Assembly (NCBI RefSeq): GCF_009914755.1
Contig: NC_060931.1
DNA length: 64,000 bases
Source of the DNA: the human T2T-CHM13v2.0 reference genome, Homo sapiens
Direction: 5' to 3' (one strand)
The notes beneath the pieces were generated by a model. The model was given only the letters and a program-made list of their open reading frames with translations. It was not told the DNA's origin and did not search any database. Positions 1 to 14,011 of the stretch are shown in pieces (within the stretch, counting starts at the first letter, position 1; each line of letters starts with the position of its first letter). The position numbers and the translations under genes are program-made.

Positions 1-369
1 GGTCAAACACTCAAAACCCCTCTATGCAGCTTCTTCTGGGAGGACAGCTAGTGTGTTTAGGAAAAAGAGCAATTCTGTGTCTCTCCTGAAACTACATATC
101 AAAGGGACCAAGAGGTGAGAAGTATGACAAGGATGCTGGAAGCAACTCTGACAGTGGCATCTGAGCTTTGGGAATACCAGCTATGGTGTCTTCCCTGCTG
201 AAATGTTCACAGGAAGCAGGGTTGGGAGGCCTCTGACATGGCCTCTCGTTATCGTTTTTAGACATCGGCGGTAGGGGGCTTTTGAAGGCCAAATTTTATA
301 TGGAGGGGCCTGTAATTGGAGGCTGCAGTCCTTTGACAGTTTGTTGTAAAGTCCAAATCCCGTAGCTTG

Positions 370-582
370 TGTTACGGGATTGCATTGTGTCCCCATTGAT
401 AAGTGGAAGTCCTAACCCCCAGCACTTGAGACTGACACCTTATTTGGAAATAGAGTCCTTGCAGATGAGTTCGTTAAGATGAAGTCATGCTAGAGTCAGG
501 TGAGAACACCATACGAAGATTGGAGCTCGGCTTCCACAAGCCAATAATCTGCCAGAAGCTAGGAGAGGGGCCTGGAATAGAT
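370..582 (+). mobile_element. MLT1C-like MaLR LTR, 5' part only (3'-truncated)
   Basis: Starts TGTTACGGGATTGCATTGTGTCCCC; contains gaagtcctaacccc, ccttatttggaaatag and gccagaagctaggagagggg blocks of the MLT1B/C consensus; stops abruptly at ~582. Confidence 0.75.
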
Positions 583-595
583 AGTGTTTTGACCT

Positions 596-1124
596 CTAGT
601 GTTGGTCAAAGTAGGCTTCAGGAGACTGCCACAGAATGGGTGGCTTCCCTGACCTCCCCATATTCCTAGATATCCTTGTATCTCTTCCTTGGAATCTGAG
701 AAGCCGAGTTCACAAAAGAGCTCACCTTCCTATGAGAATCTAATGCTGCTGCTGATCTGACAGGAGGCAGAGCTTGGGAGGTAATGCTTGCTCACCTGCC
801 CTCCACTCACCTCCTGCTGTACAGCCCGGTTCTTACCCGTCTGCGGCCTGGGGGTGGGGGAACTTTGCTCTAAAGCCTCCAGTTGGCAGTAGCCCCAGGC
901 TCCCTTTGCAGGGTTGCTGCCCACCCTTCCCATGCAGGAGCTCTTTGTTTCAGCAGCACTGTTGCTCAGGAAATCATTTGTGGAACAGCCTTTTGGATGG
1001 TTGCTTACTGGTCAGGCTTCCCAGATTGCCAGGAAGAGATACAAGGATATCTGGGAACACAGGGAGGTTGGGGAAGCTACCCATTCTGTGGCAGTCTCCT
1101 GGAGCCTACTTTGACCTACACTAG
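596..1124. repeat. 110-bp inverted repeat (arms 596-705 and 1015-1124)
   Basis: Hand alignment of arm 1 to the reverse complement of arm 2: 98/110 identical, no gaps. Confidence 0.95.
707..867. mobile_element. MER1B (hAT-Charlie) fragment, one end only
   Basis: cctatgagaatctaatgctgctgctgatctgacaggaggcagagc...ctcacctcctgctgt...cccggttc matches recalled MER1B; degenerate terminal repeat at ~850-867. Confidence 0.8.
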
Positions 1125-1620
1125 GAGGTACAGAGACTCTGCAAAAGACCCTAGATTTGGCCCCCTCGGGACATATCCTGAGCTTAAGGGACTTTTCTCC
1201 ATGATATTAATAGTTGCCAAAAGTGGAAGTGTGATCCGCCAGTGGCTTTCACTCAGGGTGACACTCATCTTCTGATCTCAGTAAATAAATTAGTATTCAT
1301 AAAACACTTAGAACTGCACTGGCACCCGGAAAGCACTATGTGAGTATTACCTCCCGACCTGGCTAAGGGATGTCTTCCTTTGGGTTCCAGCTTTTAGACA
1401 ATTGCTTTTCATTCACACACTGGGCTCTGATCCAGTTCTCAAGTTTAGCATCTCCTCTTTAACAAGCATCCACTACAAATGTTAGTGAAAGAGAAAAAAA
1501 AAAAAAAAGCTCATTTGGATCTCTTTTCTTAATCAGAAACTGTGACTGTGGCCAGAAGTGAGGGCTTAATGGATTCGCCAATATACCCACTAAAAATGAA
1601 TAAATATATGAAAGAAACTC

Positions 1621-1670
1621 TGGATGGATGGATGTGTAGGTGGGTGGATGGGTGGGTGGATGGATGGATA
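1621..1670 (+). repeat. (TGGA/TGGG)n degenerate microsatellite
   Basis: Direct reading. Confidence 0.85.
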
Positions 1671-2452
1671 GAAGAATTTGGCTTGACTCAGGTAAGAAGG
1701 TAAAGTGAAGGGTGAATTGCCTACAAGGTATATGCATGTCTGGGGAGAGGAAATTTTGGAGGATTTAAGTGTATGCTTGTGTGTCCTTTGGCCCTCCTCA
1801 AATAAGGACTCCATGATAGATTGAGATTTTATAGGTTTAATATTCCCTCCCAACTTCATGTACTTTACATCTGGATAAAAGGAGCTATAAATCTCTCCAG
1901 GCAGAACGTGCCTCAGCCCTGCCTTTCTACCTTCTCACTGAAGAGATCTTACTTGGAAATACAGCTGAACACTCAGTGATGAATCATAGCATCTGTGGAA
2001 CAGTCCAGATAAGGAACAATTTGCATTTTCATGTGATAATTCACTACTCTTGCCATTTTCAAATTACTTTAGAGCCACATTAATTCTATTGCCATATACT
2101 GCCACTGTGCACCCAAGTCACCAGGAGATGGGGATTCAAGTGGCAGGTTTGTCTGGCTTTACAGGAGTGGGAAATGCTCCCCCTCAACCGCCCAGTAACA
2201 CAAAACATAGGGAAATGGAGCTGCCCCGCAGAGAGCCCATCTCCTAGCAGATCCCCCGAGAAAGGTTGCAGCTTCAAAACTATCTTGCATTTTCATTCTC
2301 CATGTCTGTATATCACTTGCTTAAAAATAAGCTAAGCATACATCACTCCTCCTCCATTCCCCCACGTCACACTGCGGAGGAGACCTTTTCAGGTAGCTCT
2401 TCCTCCCTCTCTGTTTCAGGAAGTATATGTGTCGGAAGAGGTTGCAAGCGAC

Positions 2453-2468
2453 AACACCAGATGGCTCC
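2453..2468 (+). promoter_or_regulatory. Possible CTCF motif
   Basis: AACACCAGATGGCTCC resembles the CCACCAGATGGCGC core with two mismatches; motif only. Confidence 0.3.
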
Positions 2469-3286
2469 CGTAAAAGGGGTCTTTATGGGAGAAGGGTTTT
2501 CTTGGCTGGATGGAGTGCCCCAGCTCTGCAGAGGAATCTACTGTCTAATGCTCATCTTCATTCTTCCCAGTGGCCATAGCTACTTCAAAGAGGCCCAATG
2601 TGGCCATGGAGACTAGTCTACCATCCAGGCACAGGGGACTCTGGCAGAGAAGGACAATGTCGAATAAAGACAAAATTAATCCCGATCTCTCCAAGTGGGC
2701 TCCTCTACTATAATACCTCCAGACAAAGACATTTCATGGTGTGATGCTATCCCCCCCTTCACAATCCAGGAAGTTTTTCGTACTCATCAGTAATACTTCT
2801 TGCTACAGTGCAAATCCGTTTCCTTGCCCAGAAGCAGAGAAGAGTCATTCTTGCACTCTCGAATCTACACATCCCTGCATTCCTTAAACAAATTCTCAGA
2901 ATGCTGTCAAATAAATTAATGAAGAGCCTTTTAAAAATGAGAAGAATTTCTGCTTCTCTCTCCTAATTTGCATTTGTCCGTTTTCCGAGTTTCCATTCTA
3001 TTAAACTTTAATTTCCTCTCCTCTCATCCCCAGTCCTTTAGGAAGTCTTAGGTTGGAATTTTACTTTACACAGTCAGAATCTCTTGGGCTCCAGTAGATT
3101 ACACTTATGGACAGGCAGGATGTATTTTGTCCCTGAAGCGAGTTTTAGATTGCCCAGCCGACTTCTTAGGGAAAACAGGTCTAAAGCAGAGGGTGCAAAT
3201 GTGGACGATGGGGAAGCAGCTTTAAGTTCTGTTTATTCTGGATATATTACTCTTTTATGCCCAGTTTGCAGCAGTTGTGTGTGTGC

Positions 3287-4615
<1,329 letters not shown>

Positions 4616-4618
<3 letters not shown>

Positions 4619-4712
4619 GCATTTCTATACATTAACAATGAACTATCTGAAAAGGAAATTAGGAAAACAATTCTACCTACAATAGCTCCAAAAGGAATAA
4701 AATGCTTAGGTA

Positions 4713-4751
<39 letters not shown>

Positions 4752-5802
4752 GCGACAGAGTCTCACTCTGTCACGCAGGCTGGAGTGCAGTGGTGAGATC
4801 TTGGCTCACCACAACCTCTGCCTCCTGGGTTCTAGCAATTCTTCTGTCTCAGCCCCCCGCCCCCCTCCCCCGAGTAGCTGGGATTACAGGTGCACACTAC
4901 CACTCTCAGCTACTTTTCTGTATTTTTAGTGGAGACGGGGTTTCACCATGTTAGCCAGGCTGGTCTCAAACACCTGACCTCAGGTGATCTGCCCGCCTTG
5001 GCCTCCCAAAATGCTGGGATTATAGGCATGAGCCACCACACCCGGCCTTAGGTATAAATTTCATTAAAGAGATGAAAGGCTTGTCTATTGAAAACTCTAA
5101 AATAGTGACAAAGAGGGTAAAGAAGACACAACCAAGAAAGACCTATGTTCATGGATTGAAAGATTTAATATTGTTAAAATGTTTCTACTGCACAAATCAA
5201 TCTACATATTCAATGCAAATACCTATAAAAAATTCCAATAAATTTTTTTCAGAAATGGAGGCAAAATTCTACAATTCATGTAAAACCACAAAAGACCATG
5301 AATAGCCAAACTAATCTTGAGAAAGGAGAACAAAATTGAAGGCATCATACTTCCTGATTTCAAAATATATTACAAAGCTGCGTAATAAAAACAGTATTGT
5401 ACTTGCATAAAGACAGACATCTAGACCAATGGAACAGAACAGAGAGCCCAGAAATAAATCCACATATATATGGTCAAGTGATTTTCCACAAGGGTGCGAA
5501 GGTCACACAAGGGGGAAAGGATAGTCTCTTGAATAAATGGTATTGGGAAAACAGGATATCCATACGCAAGGGAATGAAATTGGACCCTTATCTTACACCA
5601 TACATAAATATCAACTCAAAATGGATTAAAGACTTAAACATGAAACCTGAAACCCTAAAACTCCTAGAACACATACAGGAAAGCTTTGTGACATAGTTCT
5701 TGGCAATGATAATATGGAAATGACACCAAAAGCTCAGGCAACAAAAACGAAAGTAAGCAGGTAGGACCACATCGAATGTAAAAGCTCTGTACAGCAAAGA
5801 AA
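4616..5802 (+). mobile_element. Inverted ORF2 segment of the same L1MA element, interrupted by an Alu
   Basis: Translates to ORF2-like [17 protein letters not shown] and DRHLDQWNRTESPEINPHIYGQ...KLDPYLTPY; ends at the CTAKE motif where the antisense piece begins. Confidence 0.9.
4715..5047 (-). mobile_element. AluSx/Sz-like with (TA)n/T tail
   Basis: Full dimer; TSD TTAGGTATA at 4706-4714 and 5048-5056. Confidence 0.95.
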
Positions 5803-5848
5803 GCAGAAGTTGTGTTTTGAATGATTTTCTTCTTTCTGTTAAATCTCC

Positions 5849-6301
5849 CAGTTTCTGTACTTGTGAACTGAGGGGCAGGTGGTTGGGGGCTGTGGCAGTC
5901 AATCCCACTCTTCTGCTTTTATTTTTAAAATACCATAGGAGGAAAGCATGGGAATAAAGAATGCTTTTAGTTCCTTGGAAAGGGGCACCAGAAAAGAAAT
6001 GTATTAGATTGAACCATATAAAATTGTCATTTTTTAGGTAAAAAATGGTTGCATAGCACCAATTTCATATGGGTCAACCTAGTACAGCCAAACTTCTTTA
6101 ATTCAGACTAATTTGTGGAAGCTTGGTCTGAATTAGTGAAAAGTTTGAATTATGAAATCTTTTAAAAGAGATACAATGTCATTGCATTCAAGTATTGACA
6201 GTGACAGGAAACAGGTCAACAAAGAAAGGCTTTCTACAGTCCCATGAGGGAACGACTGGTTAATAGACAATTTGTAATGAGCCTACAAATATGTTGGGTA
6301 A
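5849..6301 (+). repeat. ~453-bp dispersed direct duplication, copy 1
   Basis: Aligns to 7642-8097 with ~19 substitutions and 2 small indels by hand count. Confidence 0.97.
6004..6082. mobile_element. MADE2 mariner-derived MITE (copy 1)
   Basis: ~80 bp; inverted ends ttagattgaaccatat...atatgggtcaacctag; TA on both flanks. Confidence 0.8.
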
Positions 6302-6512
6302 AGATGCTTTAATATAGGGTGTATGTACTTGAGAATGCTTAATCAGTTTATTCTTTTGAGTAGCTTTAAATAGTTGCCTTTTGATTTGCATATATGATTA
6401 GTTTGCTTGACAAATCCTTCTTTCAAAGAAAGCAACTGTATGGTTGAAGTTTACTTGTCTGAACTATTTCTTATTCCAAAATAGTGGATTCCAAATTAAT
6501 GATGCTTGACTA
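6085..6512. mobile_element. Old Tigger/TcMar-like element
   Basis: Begins after TA with cagccaaacttctttaatt; ends aattaatgatgcttgact (14/18 inverted match); internal aattcagac/gtctgaatt inverted motif. Confidence 0.4.
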
Positions 6513-7374
6513 CTCTATTCCTGACCTTAAGGTTGGACATTAGGTTAATGAAAATCAGTGGAGAGCAACTCTCACAAGTATCCTGGAAGAGGAAAATATA
6601 CTTGATGGAAATATATGTGACTTGAAAAATGAGGCTGGTTTTCTTGTATGTCTTGTATACTGATTCTGGAGGCAGTTTCAGAAGCAAAGTTCAAACAATG
6701 TTTTGGGTAATAGCAGCAAACTTGGAATAAGCCAACAACATCCCACAGAAATGTTTCAAAGAGCAACCCTGATGTGAATGTACAAATTCCATCCATTATG
6801 GTTTAAAACCATTCTTTCGGAAAGATATTTATTCATATAAAAACATTTTAAAAAGTTCCTAAATAATAGTAATTTGTCCATTATATTTAAGTTGATTTAC
6901 AAGTGATTTGATCAATTTTCTGCTTACTTGAAACTCTAGGGAATGCATGAGTGGGAGGAGAGGAGGCAACGTTTGGTGACCAGCAGAAACAGAGATTGAT
7001 AGACTCTTTGATAGAATTGGAATTAGGCATAATTCTTCAGGAGTGCACCTGGGATGCATGGCAAAGTTTATCCTCACAGGCTTCCCTCCCTGGCTGGTAT
7101 GTCCTTCTGATCAGAGATGGGGAATCTAGAGCAAAACACTGCTCTTCTCTCAATGTAACTTGGTGCCAAATCTCATCCTACTGCTTCCTGTCCCTTCTTC
7201 TCTTGCTTTGAAATGTCAAATAGGACTTAAAGGCTGGATAAATCTGATGAGGCTATTACAAGAAATGGACTCAGTTTTCAGTTGCATGTCTCCACTAACG
7301 TGGATATGAAATAAAAAAGGAACCGGATAAGATAAAAGCAATTATTTAAAACAACAAACAAACAACAAACTGAC

Positions 7375-7500
7375 CAATGATGGAACTGTTTTCTGTCTTC
7401 ATTGCAGTTACACAAGTATATGCGTTTGTCAAAATGCATAAACCTATGCATCAAAAAGAGTAGTTGGACTGTATGTAAATTAGAAACAACTAAATAAACA
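7375..7500 (+). mobile_element. Old L1M 3'-end fragment
   Basis: gatggaactgtt...gttacacaagtatatgcgtttgtcaaaatgcata...tgtatgtaaatta is typical of L1MC-ME 3' ends. Confidence 0.55.
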
Positions 7501-7641
7501 TGAAATAAGGCCAGGCCTTTCCTTGGTAACCTATCAAGCAGGCACCCTGGTGGTAGGTCTTCTGGGTTCCTCTCACAGCTCTGTCATTGCCTGGTACTCA
7601 TCACCCATCTCTGGCTGCTAAGTTCGTGCCCACCAGGTCTG

Positions 7642-8097
7642 CAGTTTCTGTACTTGTGAACTGAGGGGCAGGTGGTTGGGGGCTGTGGCAGTCAATCCCA
7701 CTCTTCTACTTTTATCTTTAAAATACCATAGGAGGAAAGCATGGAAATAAAGAATGCTTTTAGTTCCTTGGAAAGGGGCACCAGAAAAGAAAAGTGTTAG
7801 ATTGAACCATATAAAACTGTCATTTTTCTAGGTCAGAAATGGTCGAATAGCACCAATTTCATATGGGTCAACCTAGTACAATCAAACTTCTTTAATTCAG
7901 ACTAATTTGTGGAAGCTTGGTCTGAATTAGTGAAAATTTTGAATTATGAAATCTTTTAAAAGAGATACATTGTCATTACATTCAAGTATTGACAGTGACA
8001 GGAAACAGGTCAACAAAGAAAGGCTTTCTACAGTCCTATGAAGGAATGACTGGTTAATAAAGACAATTTGTAATAAGCCTACAAATATGTTGGGTAA
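7642..8097 (+). repeat. ~456-bp dispersed direct duplication, copy 2 (includes second MADE2 at 7797-7876)
   Basis: Aligns to 5849-6301 at ~95%. Confidence 0.97.
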
Positions 8098-8294
8098 TTG
8101 GGTATTTGTGCCTACAAATATGATGGCCCTCTGCCTTGTCCCTGTCACTGAGTGTGATGTCCCTAAAGATGAGGCCGTATGCCCAGCACAGTATCCTATA
8201 CATGGCAGGAGCTGCACGAAGCTGTTGTGAGATTTGAACCTCAATCTTGCATGCTGCCATTTTAAGTCAGAACACTCTGATTCTGTCCTTAGCA

Positions 8295-8500
8295 GAGATT
8301 CATTTGTTAATTCAGGCAACCCTTAATGAACACCTACTATATGTCAAAAATGGTCCTAGGAATCAGGGATATAAAAACAAGATGCAGCCCCTGCACTGGA
8401 GCTGTTCTGGTGGGAGAGCCAGACGTGTAAACAGAGAATTAGAGCACAGTGTAATTAGTGCTAATGGAGGCGTGGGCAGAGCGCTCTGGGGGCACGGAGG
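8295..8500 (-). mobile_element. L2 3' fragment
   Basis: ttcatttg...gaacacctactatatgtca...ctagg...gggatata pattern of the antisense L2 tail. Confidence 0.6.
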
Positions 8501-8625
8501 AGGAATGACTCCCTCAGCCTCACTCATATCCCCCCAGCTGCTCCAAGATGCTTCACGTCACAGTGGCGCCTGAAGAAAGAGGCTTTGCCCAAGGAGAAAA
8601 CAATGCTGTGTCAGTCCAGTGTGTC

Positions 8626-8742
8626 AACACACATATGCACACACACACACAGGCACAGGTGCACACACATGCACACACAAGCACACACACATGCACACAA
8701 ACATGCACACACACACGCACAGGTGCACATACACACACACAC
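8626..8742 (+). repeat. Degenerate (CA)n / alternating purine-pyrimidine tract
   Basis: Direct reading. Confidence 0.9.
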
Positions 8743-8956
8743 GCCCTTGAAGGCCTCCTTCCCTCCTGTGGAATGGATTACGCCAGCCCTGCCCCATCAT
8801 CCTCTCTGGACCACAAGTGAAATAGCCCAGGCACTGCTTGATTCAGTAAATGCCCCTGGAAGGTTGGTAGTGGTTGTGGGTGAATTCCTGCATCTCACTA
8901 TGATCCTTCCCAGAGCCTTTTCCTCACAGGCTTCAGGCAGGGTAGGCTGCCTGACA

Positions 8957-8970
8957 GTCACCATGGCAAC
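8957..8970. promoter_or_regulatory. RFX X-box motif
   Basis: GTCACCATGGCAAC fits the GTNRCCATGGYAAC consensus; motif only. Confidence 0.45.
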
Positions 8971-11900
8971 AGGCCTCTCTTTATGCCTTCTACACGTGTA
9001 GGGGGCTTCCTTACTGGAGTGGGGGCCCATGACCAGCACCCCAGCCAAGCCTCAGACTCTGGGTCCACCTTTCTGGGTCGTTCCAAGGTCGTTGTCTTCT
9101 GCTAGGTATCAACCATGTATGAGGAACAGGTGGAGTTCTCCTTGTCCAGGCCTGACACCCAGGCTTACTGTGGAATTAAAGAGCTGTGGACAGTAGCTGC
9201 TCAAAAGGAAGGTGACAGGTGAGTTCCTGAACATCCAGATTGTCAACAGCCAAAGACAAGATGGCCACCTGGAAGAGGAGCTGGGGGACAGTTCTGGACA
9301 AATTCAAGTATGTTGATTGCAGGGTAACCAGGATGACACAGACTGAAGTGAGGCGGGAACCAAGAAAGTAGGGATGCACAGGCTGGAGAAGAAAAGTGTC
9401 ATAGGGAACACATGTGGACTCAATGCACATTGCATAGGAAAGGAGGTAGATGCAGTCTGTGGGGCTGTTTTAGCATCAGTGACACCAATGATTGGAAGAG
9501 AAAAGGCCACCATAATTTCTTCCTCTTCCTCATGTTTTGGTAAAGTCTCCTAAGCACCTAAGCCTTTCAAAGGTGAAAGGGGCTGCCTTTGAGGAGGTGA
9601 GCTCCTCGTCTGCAAAGATAATCAAGTGGCAGCTACATGGCCACTGGGTGGGCATCTGAATATGTGTTGGGGCTTCTAGTGTCCCATCCAAACCTGACTG
9701 GCCCTGCCGCTGTCCTGTGAGTAGCTGTGACATGTATCCCATGGTGCTCTCACCTGTAAAATGAGGATTTGAGCTAGGCGTGTCTCAGAACCTGTCTGCT
9801 TTACAGCCCTGTGTTCAGACCTCGTTTTCTAAACCTGATCCTGATGACAGAGGCTTAACTTTACAGGTTGAAGGCACTTCCTATTTTTCTGAGCACTTTC
9901 ACATCCATCACCTTGATATTTCTTCCCCATTACTCTGGAAAATAAATAGAACAGATCGGATTTCTGGGACAGAGGGGTTGAAGTGGATTTTCCCAAGGTT
10001 CCTAGTGAGTTAGCAGCAGAGCCAACTTGGATGCCAGGTCTTGGGACGGCCAGTCCAGCACACTGTCTGCTTGTGCCTGCTTTTACCCAGGTCAGGTTTG
10101 CTGGCTTTTCCACCATGGGCAGATGATGCCACAGAGAGGGGTTATCAGTGAGCAGTACCATGCAACATGCAGTGCAGCAGAAACAACAGCTAAGAAAAGT
10201 AAGCAGAGTTTCCAGAAATAAAAAATATATATATTTCTACATCTGGTTGTCAGTTGTTCTCAACTTTGGACTTTTCTACTAGGTAAACTTTGAGACACTA
10301 AAATGAAGTTGCTAACAATATGTGATGTGAATACATGAGTTCTGTAAAAGTGACTTGTGCAAATGGATCTGAGTGGGATATATGTTGAATAATAAAAATG
10401 TGTAATAAATCTTAACTGATCTTCCTTAAAACTCTTAGTGGGAGTGTGGAGATGGGAGGGGTTGGCCAATGGGTCTGCTTAACATTGCATCCAAGCTGCA
10501 AATTCAACAGGCAGAATGTTCCTTGGGAAATTGAAACATCAAAGGCTGAATAAGATCTCACTGCTCTGATTCTTTATTCAGGCCCCTGGGGAATAATGTA
10601 TCCCATATGATGACTCAATAAGCTCTAACATCTTCTCCATGTGCTACAGGAAAGCCCCCTTCTCTGTCTTAAAATCACCATGTCTCCTTCTTTTATTAAG
10701 TTCAGTGGGAACAATGAATGCAAATTTGAAACCATACCGTATATATGTATATGACAGACCCTTCAGTGGATTACAACTTTCCATAGGGAAAAATCTAAAG
10801 CATTCGGTGTTGGCTTTATCCTTGCCTCCAAGTGAATCGTGATGATAACTAGACTCAGCACCTTACTGTTTCTCTCCAGGGGCTGAGATGACATTTTGTC
10901 TGCATCACCAACTCTTGGTGAAGTGGGAAGGAGAGAAGGAGAGAACGGCTTTTCTGTTCCACTTAGGCCTGCTCCTTGCTCACCTGTATGATGTGGAAGG
11001 GATGGAGGGTCAAGGGTAGAAGTAAGGGAAACTGATGATGGAAGGATGAGGCTAAGGGTTCATCATGCAGATGTCCCATCTCACCTTTTCAAGAGGCCAG
11101 AGGATTTTGGACTGGGTCCTTTTGCTATAAACAGGTCGATCTGTGGTCAAGCTGGACTTAGGAGCAACCTCTGTGGTGCTGATGGTGAGGCACAGGAATC
11201 TGGGACCACTGAGTCCCATATGTAAGGTATTCAAGGTACCATGAAGTTCTGGGCATTTCTTAGACACCCTGACCATGGCATTTGACACTTATTCACATTG
11301 GATGTTGGAAATGTTGGGCTGAGGGGCAGACGGTGTGTTGCTGGGGAGACAGAGGCTGTGCTGGTTTGTTGGGCCATCCTGTTGGCATAAGCAAAGCCAT
11401 TCTCCATTTTTGCTCTGCTCACTGAATTTCTGGCTCCTTTTCCTAGATGCTGAAGTTGACCTACATCAGGATAGTCTGGTCTGAACATTGTTGCAGCAGC
11501 CCTTGCTGGTGGTCTTTCAGGGTTTGCTTGCTCACTTCTAGGGTCTCAGGCTGTGCGGGCTACCTGGGACGTTTTGGACAGAGCCAGTGTTGGAAAGTTC
11601 CATCCTTATGTGGGGCTGAACTACACTTCCTTCCATTGCCCACTGTTGGTTTTAGTTTGTAATCTGGAGCTATATAAGATAGGTCTAGTGTCTCCCATGA
11701 GCCACCCCCTCACATACGTGAAGACAGATGCTCCATCTCACCTGATTTCACTTCTCATGACATGGTTTTCAGATCCTTCACTACCCTTGCCACACTTTCC
11801 TGGGTGCACATGAGTCTTTCTTTGCTGTGTTTGCACTATGGTGACAGATGTAGACTCAGAACTACACGGGAAGAGGCTTCTTGTCCTTGGAAGGGCTTCT

Positions 11901-12616
11901 TGTCCTAGGCAGGAGCTCCAAGCCCTGAGAGGAACATGCCCTTTATTTCAACCCATGCTCCAGGATAGACAGCCCTGCTCTACCAGCCTTCCTCACATGG
12001 AAGAGGAGGAGGCAGAAGCTTCCCAGGGTATACTCCTGAGAGCAGAGCCCCTGCGAGGGACAGACATGAGACCAGAAGTCGGGACATTGCTCTTGTGACC
12101 ACAGACCCAATGCCCACATGATGGAGACATCTATCTTCCCAATTCTTGTGGCCTGAATCCTTCCTGAAATCAATGCAGGGCTCCAGAAGGGCATGGAGTC
12201 CACCTGTCTCCCCCTCAATTCCCTCTTCCATGCAGGATATTTTAGATGGCAGGCACGATTGTGATGACCTCAGCACCGAGGTGTGAGGCTGACTCACTCA
12301 GCATCTCTAAGCAGACTGAGCTCATTGCAAGCATGGCCAGATAATGTGGGCTGAAGGAGACTGAAGCCTTTTGCTGGTCATCACAGTGATAGCTTCTTAA
12401 ATGGTGTTGTTGAAACAATCTCATTCATAAAGACGAGCTGTAAGTACAGCAAAACATCGTTCTTTTTCCAGAACTATTTCAGAGTATGTTGCTGAAGTGA
12501 TGTTGATCACCCATGAATACTTTAGTTTATGTATCCTATCAACAAAGACATGCTTTTAGGTGACCGGAGGACAACCATCAAAGGCAGGAAAGGAACTGAT
12601 TGAATCCCCAGCCCCC

Positions 12617-13690
12617 ATTTAAGTTGTGCCAGTTGCCCCAGGAATAATCTTTATAGCAAAAGGATCCAGTCCAAGATCCCACACTGTATTTACTTGTTTT
12701 GTCTCTATGGTGTCCTTCCATCTGGAATAGTTCCCCAGTCTTTCCCTAATGCTTGGGATCTGGATGCTTTTGAAGACTACAGGCCAACTGTTTTGATGCA
12801 TGCCCCTCACTTTGTCTTTGTAGGACATTTCCTCATGATTAATTTCAGACCATACATCTTTGGCAAGAGTTTCACAGAAACTTCTCATCGCATCTTATCA
12901 GGCGGCACACGATTCTGTTTTGTCTTGGAATGAAGGATGCTGACTTTGATCACTTGCTTGCCGTAGTGTCTGCCAGCCGTCTCCACCATCAAGCTACTCT
13001 TTTCTTCTTTGTAAGTAATCATGTGTGGAGATATTTGGAGACCAGCCTTGTTCACTTATCTATTTTTATCGGTATGAGCTCAGGGTTTTATATCTTGTTC
13101 AATGAATTGCAACCTATGATCTTCATTATTTATTTATTTTTGCTCTGTTTACCTCTGAGTTGGCCAGTAGGAGTCCCTCCAGGCTGGCTTCTGTGTGCTT
13201 TTCTCATCTTCCCTTCACACTTTGAGCACGTCCTTACTTCTGGCACAACGAGACTTTCCAGGCTCATCTCATAACTTCCTGCACCAGCCTGGAGAGTCCT
13301 CGTTCCTTGCAGAGAAGAATGCTATTTAGAAACCCAGATCCAGGAGGTTAGGTGTGCTCACTGGTGTTGGAGTGTCCCTCAGGCCCTCTTGGGGGACAGA
13401 GTGAAGAAATATATACATGTATGTTTACATATAGCTATGTGTACACATAAAGTTGCATTCATATTTACATATTTATTTATCTATTTATTAAAAATCCCAA
13501 GTTCACATATATACTATAAATTCTAACACCTCAGGATTCACTTTAGGTTTTTTTTTTTTCCCTTTTTATATTTGTGGCTCCCCTCTCTGCCAGCCGGAAT
13601 CCTGGCTCTAGTCATCTTGAACATATTTCCTTAATTGATAAATCTCTCTATGGGTAACCAGTCTTCCATTGCTGCCATCACTCCTTCCTG
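12617..13690 (-). mobile_element. L1MC4/5-like 3' region
   Basis: ctttatagcaaaaggatccagtccaagatc...catctggaatagttcccc...tttcctcatgatt...tttggcaagag...gaatgctatttagaaacccagatc. Confidence 0.7.
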
Positions 13691-14011
13691 GCATGGATGC
13701 CCTCCTCATGCAATTTTATCTCTAGCCTGTGCTGGGCTGTCCTCTGCCCTAAGGCAGAAGCCCTCCTCACTCCTCAGGTCTCCACACTCCATGCTCATTG
13801 TCTCATGCTGCCCAAGCTCCTCATCTCCGTGGAGCCCCACACACCATGCCGGGTTTAGCCCTGGCCACCCTCTCATGCCTCTGTCACAGCCTCAGCCTCG
13901 ATATACTGTTGGTCTCCAACACCTCCGTGGGCCACTGCATGTCCCCTCTGCTCTGGCACAGGTGCCTGCTCTTCTAGGTCTCCCTAATGGTTTGCGGATT
14001 GAATAGTTTAA

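Noticed and set aside
5849-6301. Duplication copy 1 as an L1 3' transduction
   Set aside because: It lies outside the L1 TSD, on the 5' side of the element, and has no poly-A
9261-9371. 36-codon ORF with good Kozak (MATWKRSWG...)
   Set aside because: No recognisable homology or exon boundaries; this length is expected by chance
11052-11288. Minus-strand ORF with an AAG|GTGAG donor-like site near 11085
   Set aside because: No recognisable protein and no convincing acceptor; isolated splice-like motifs are common
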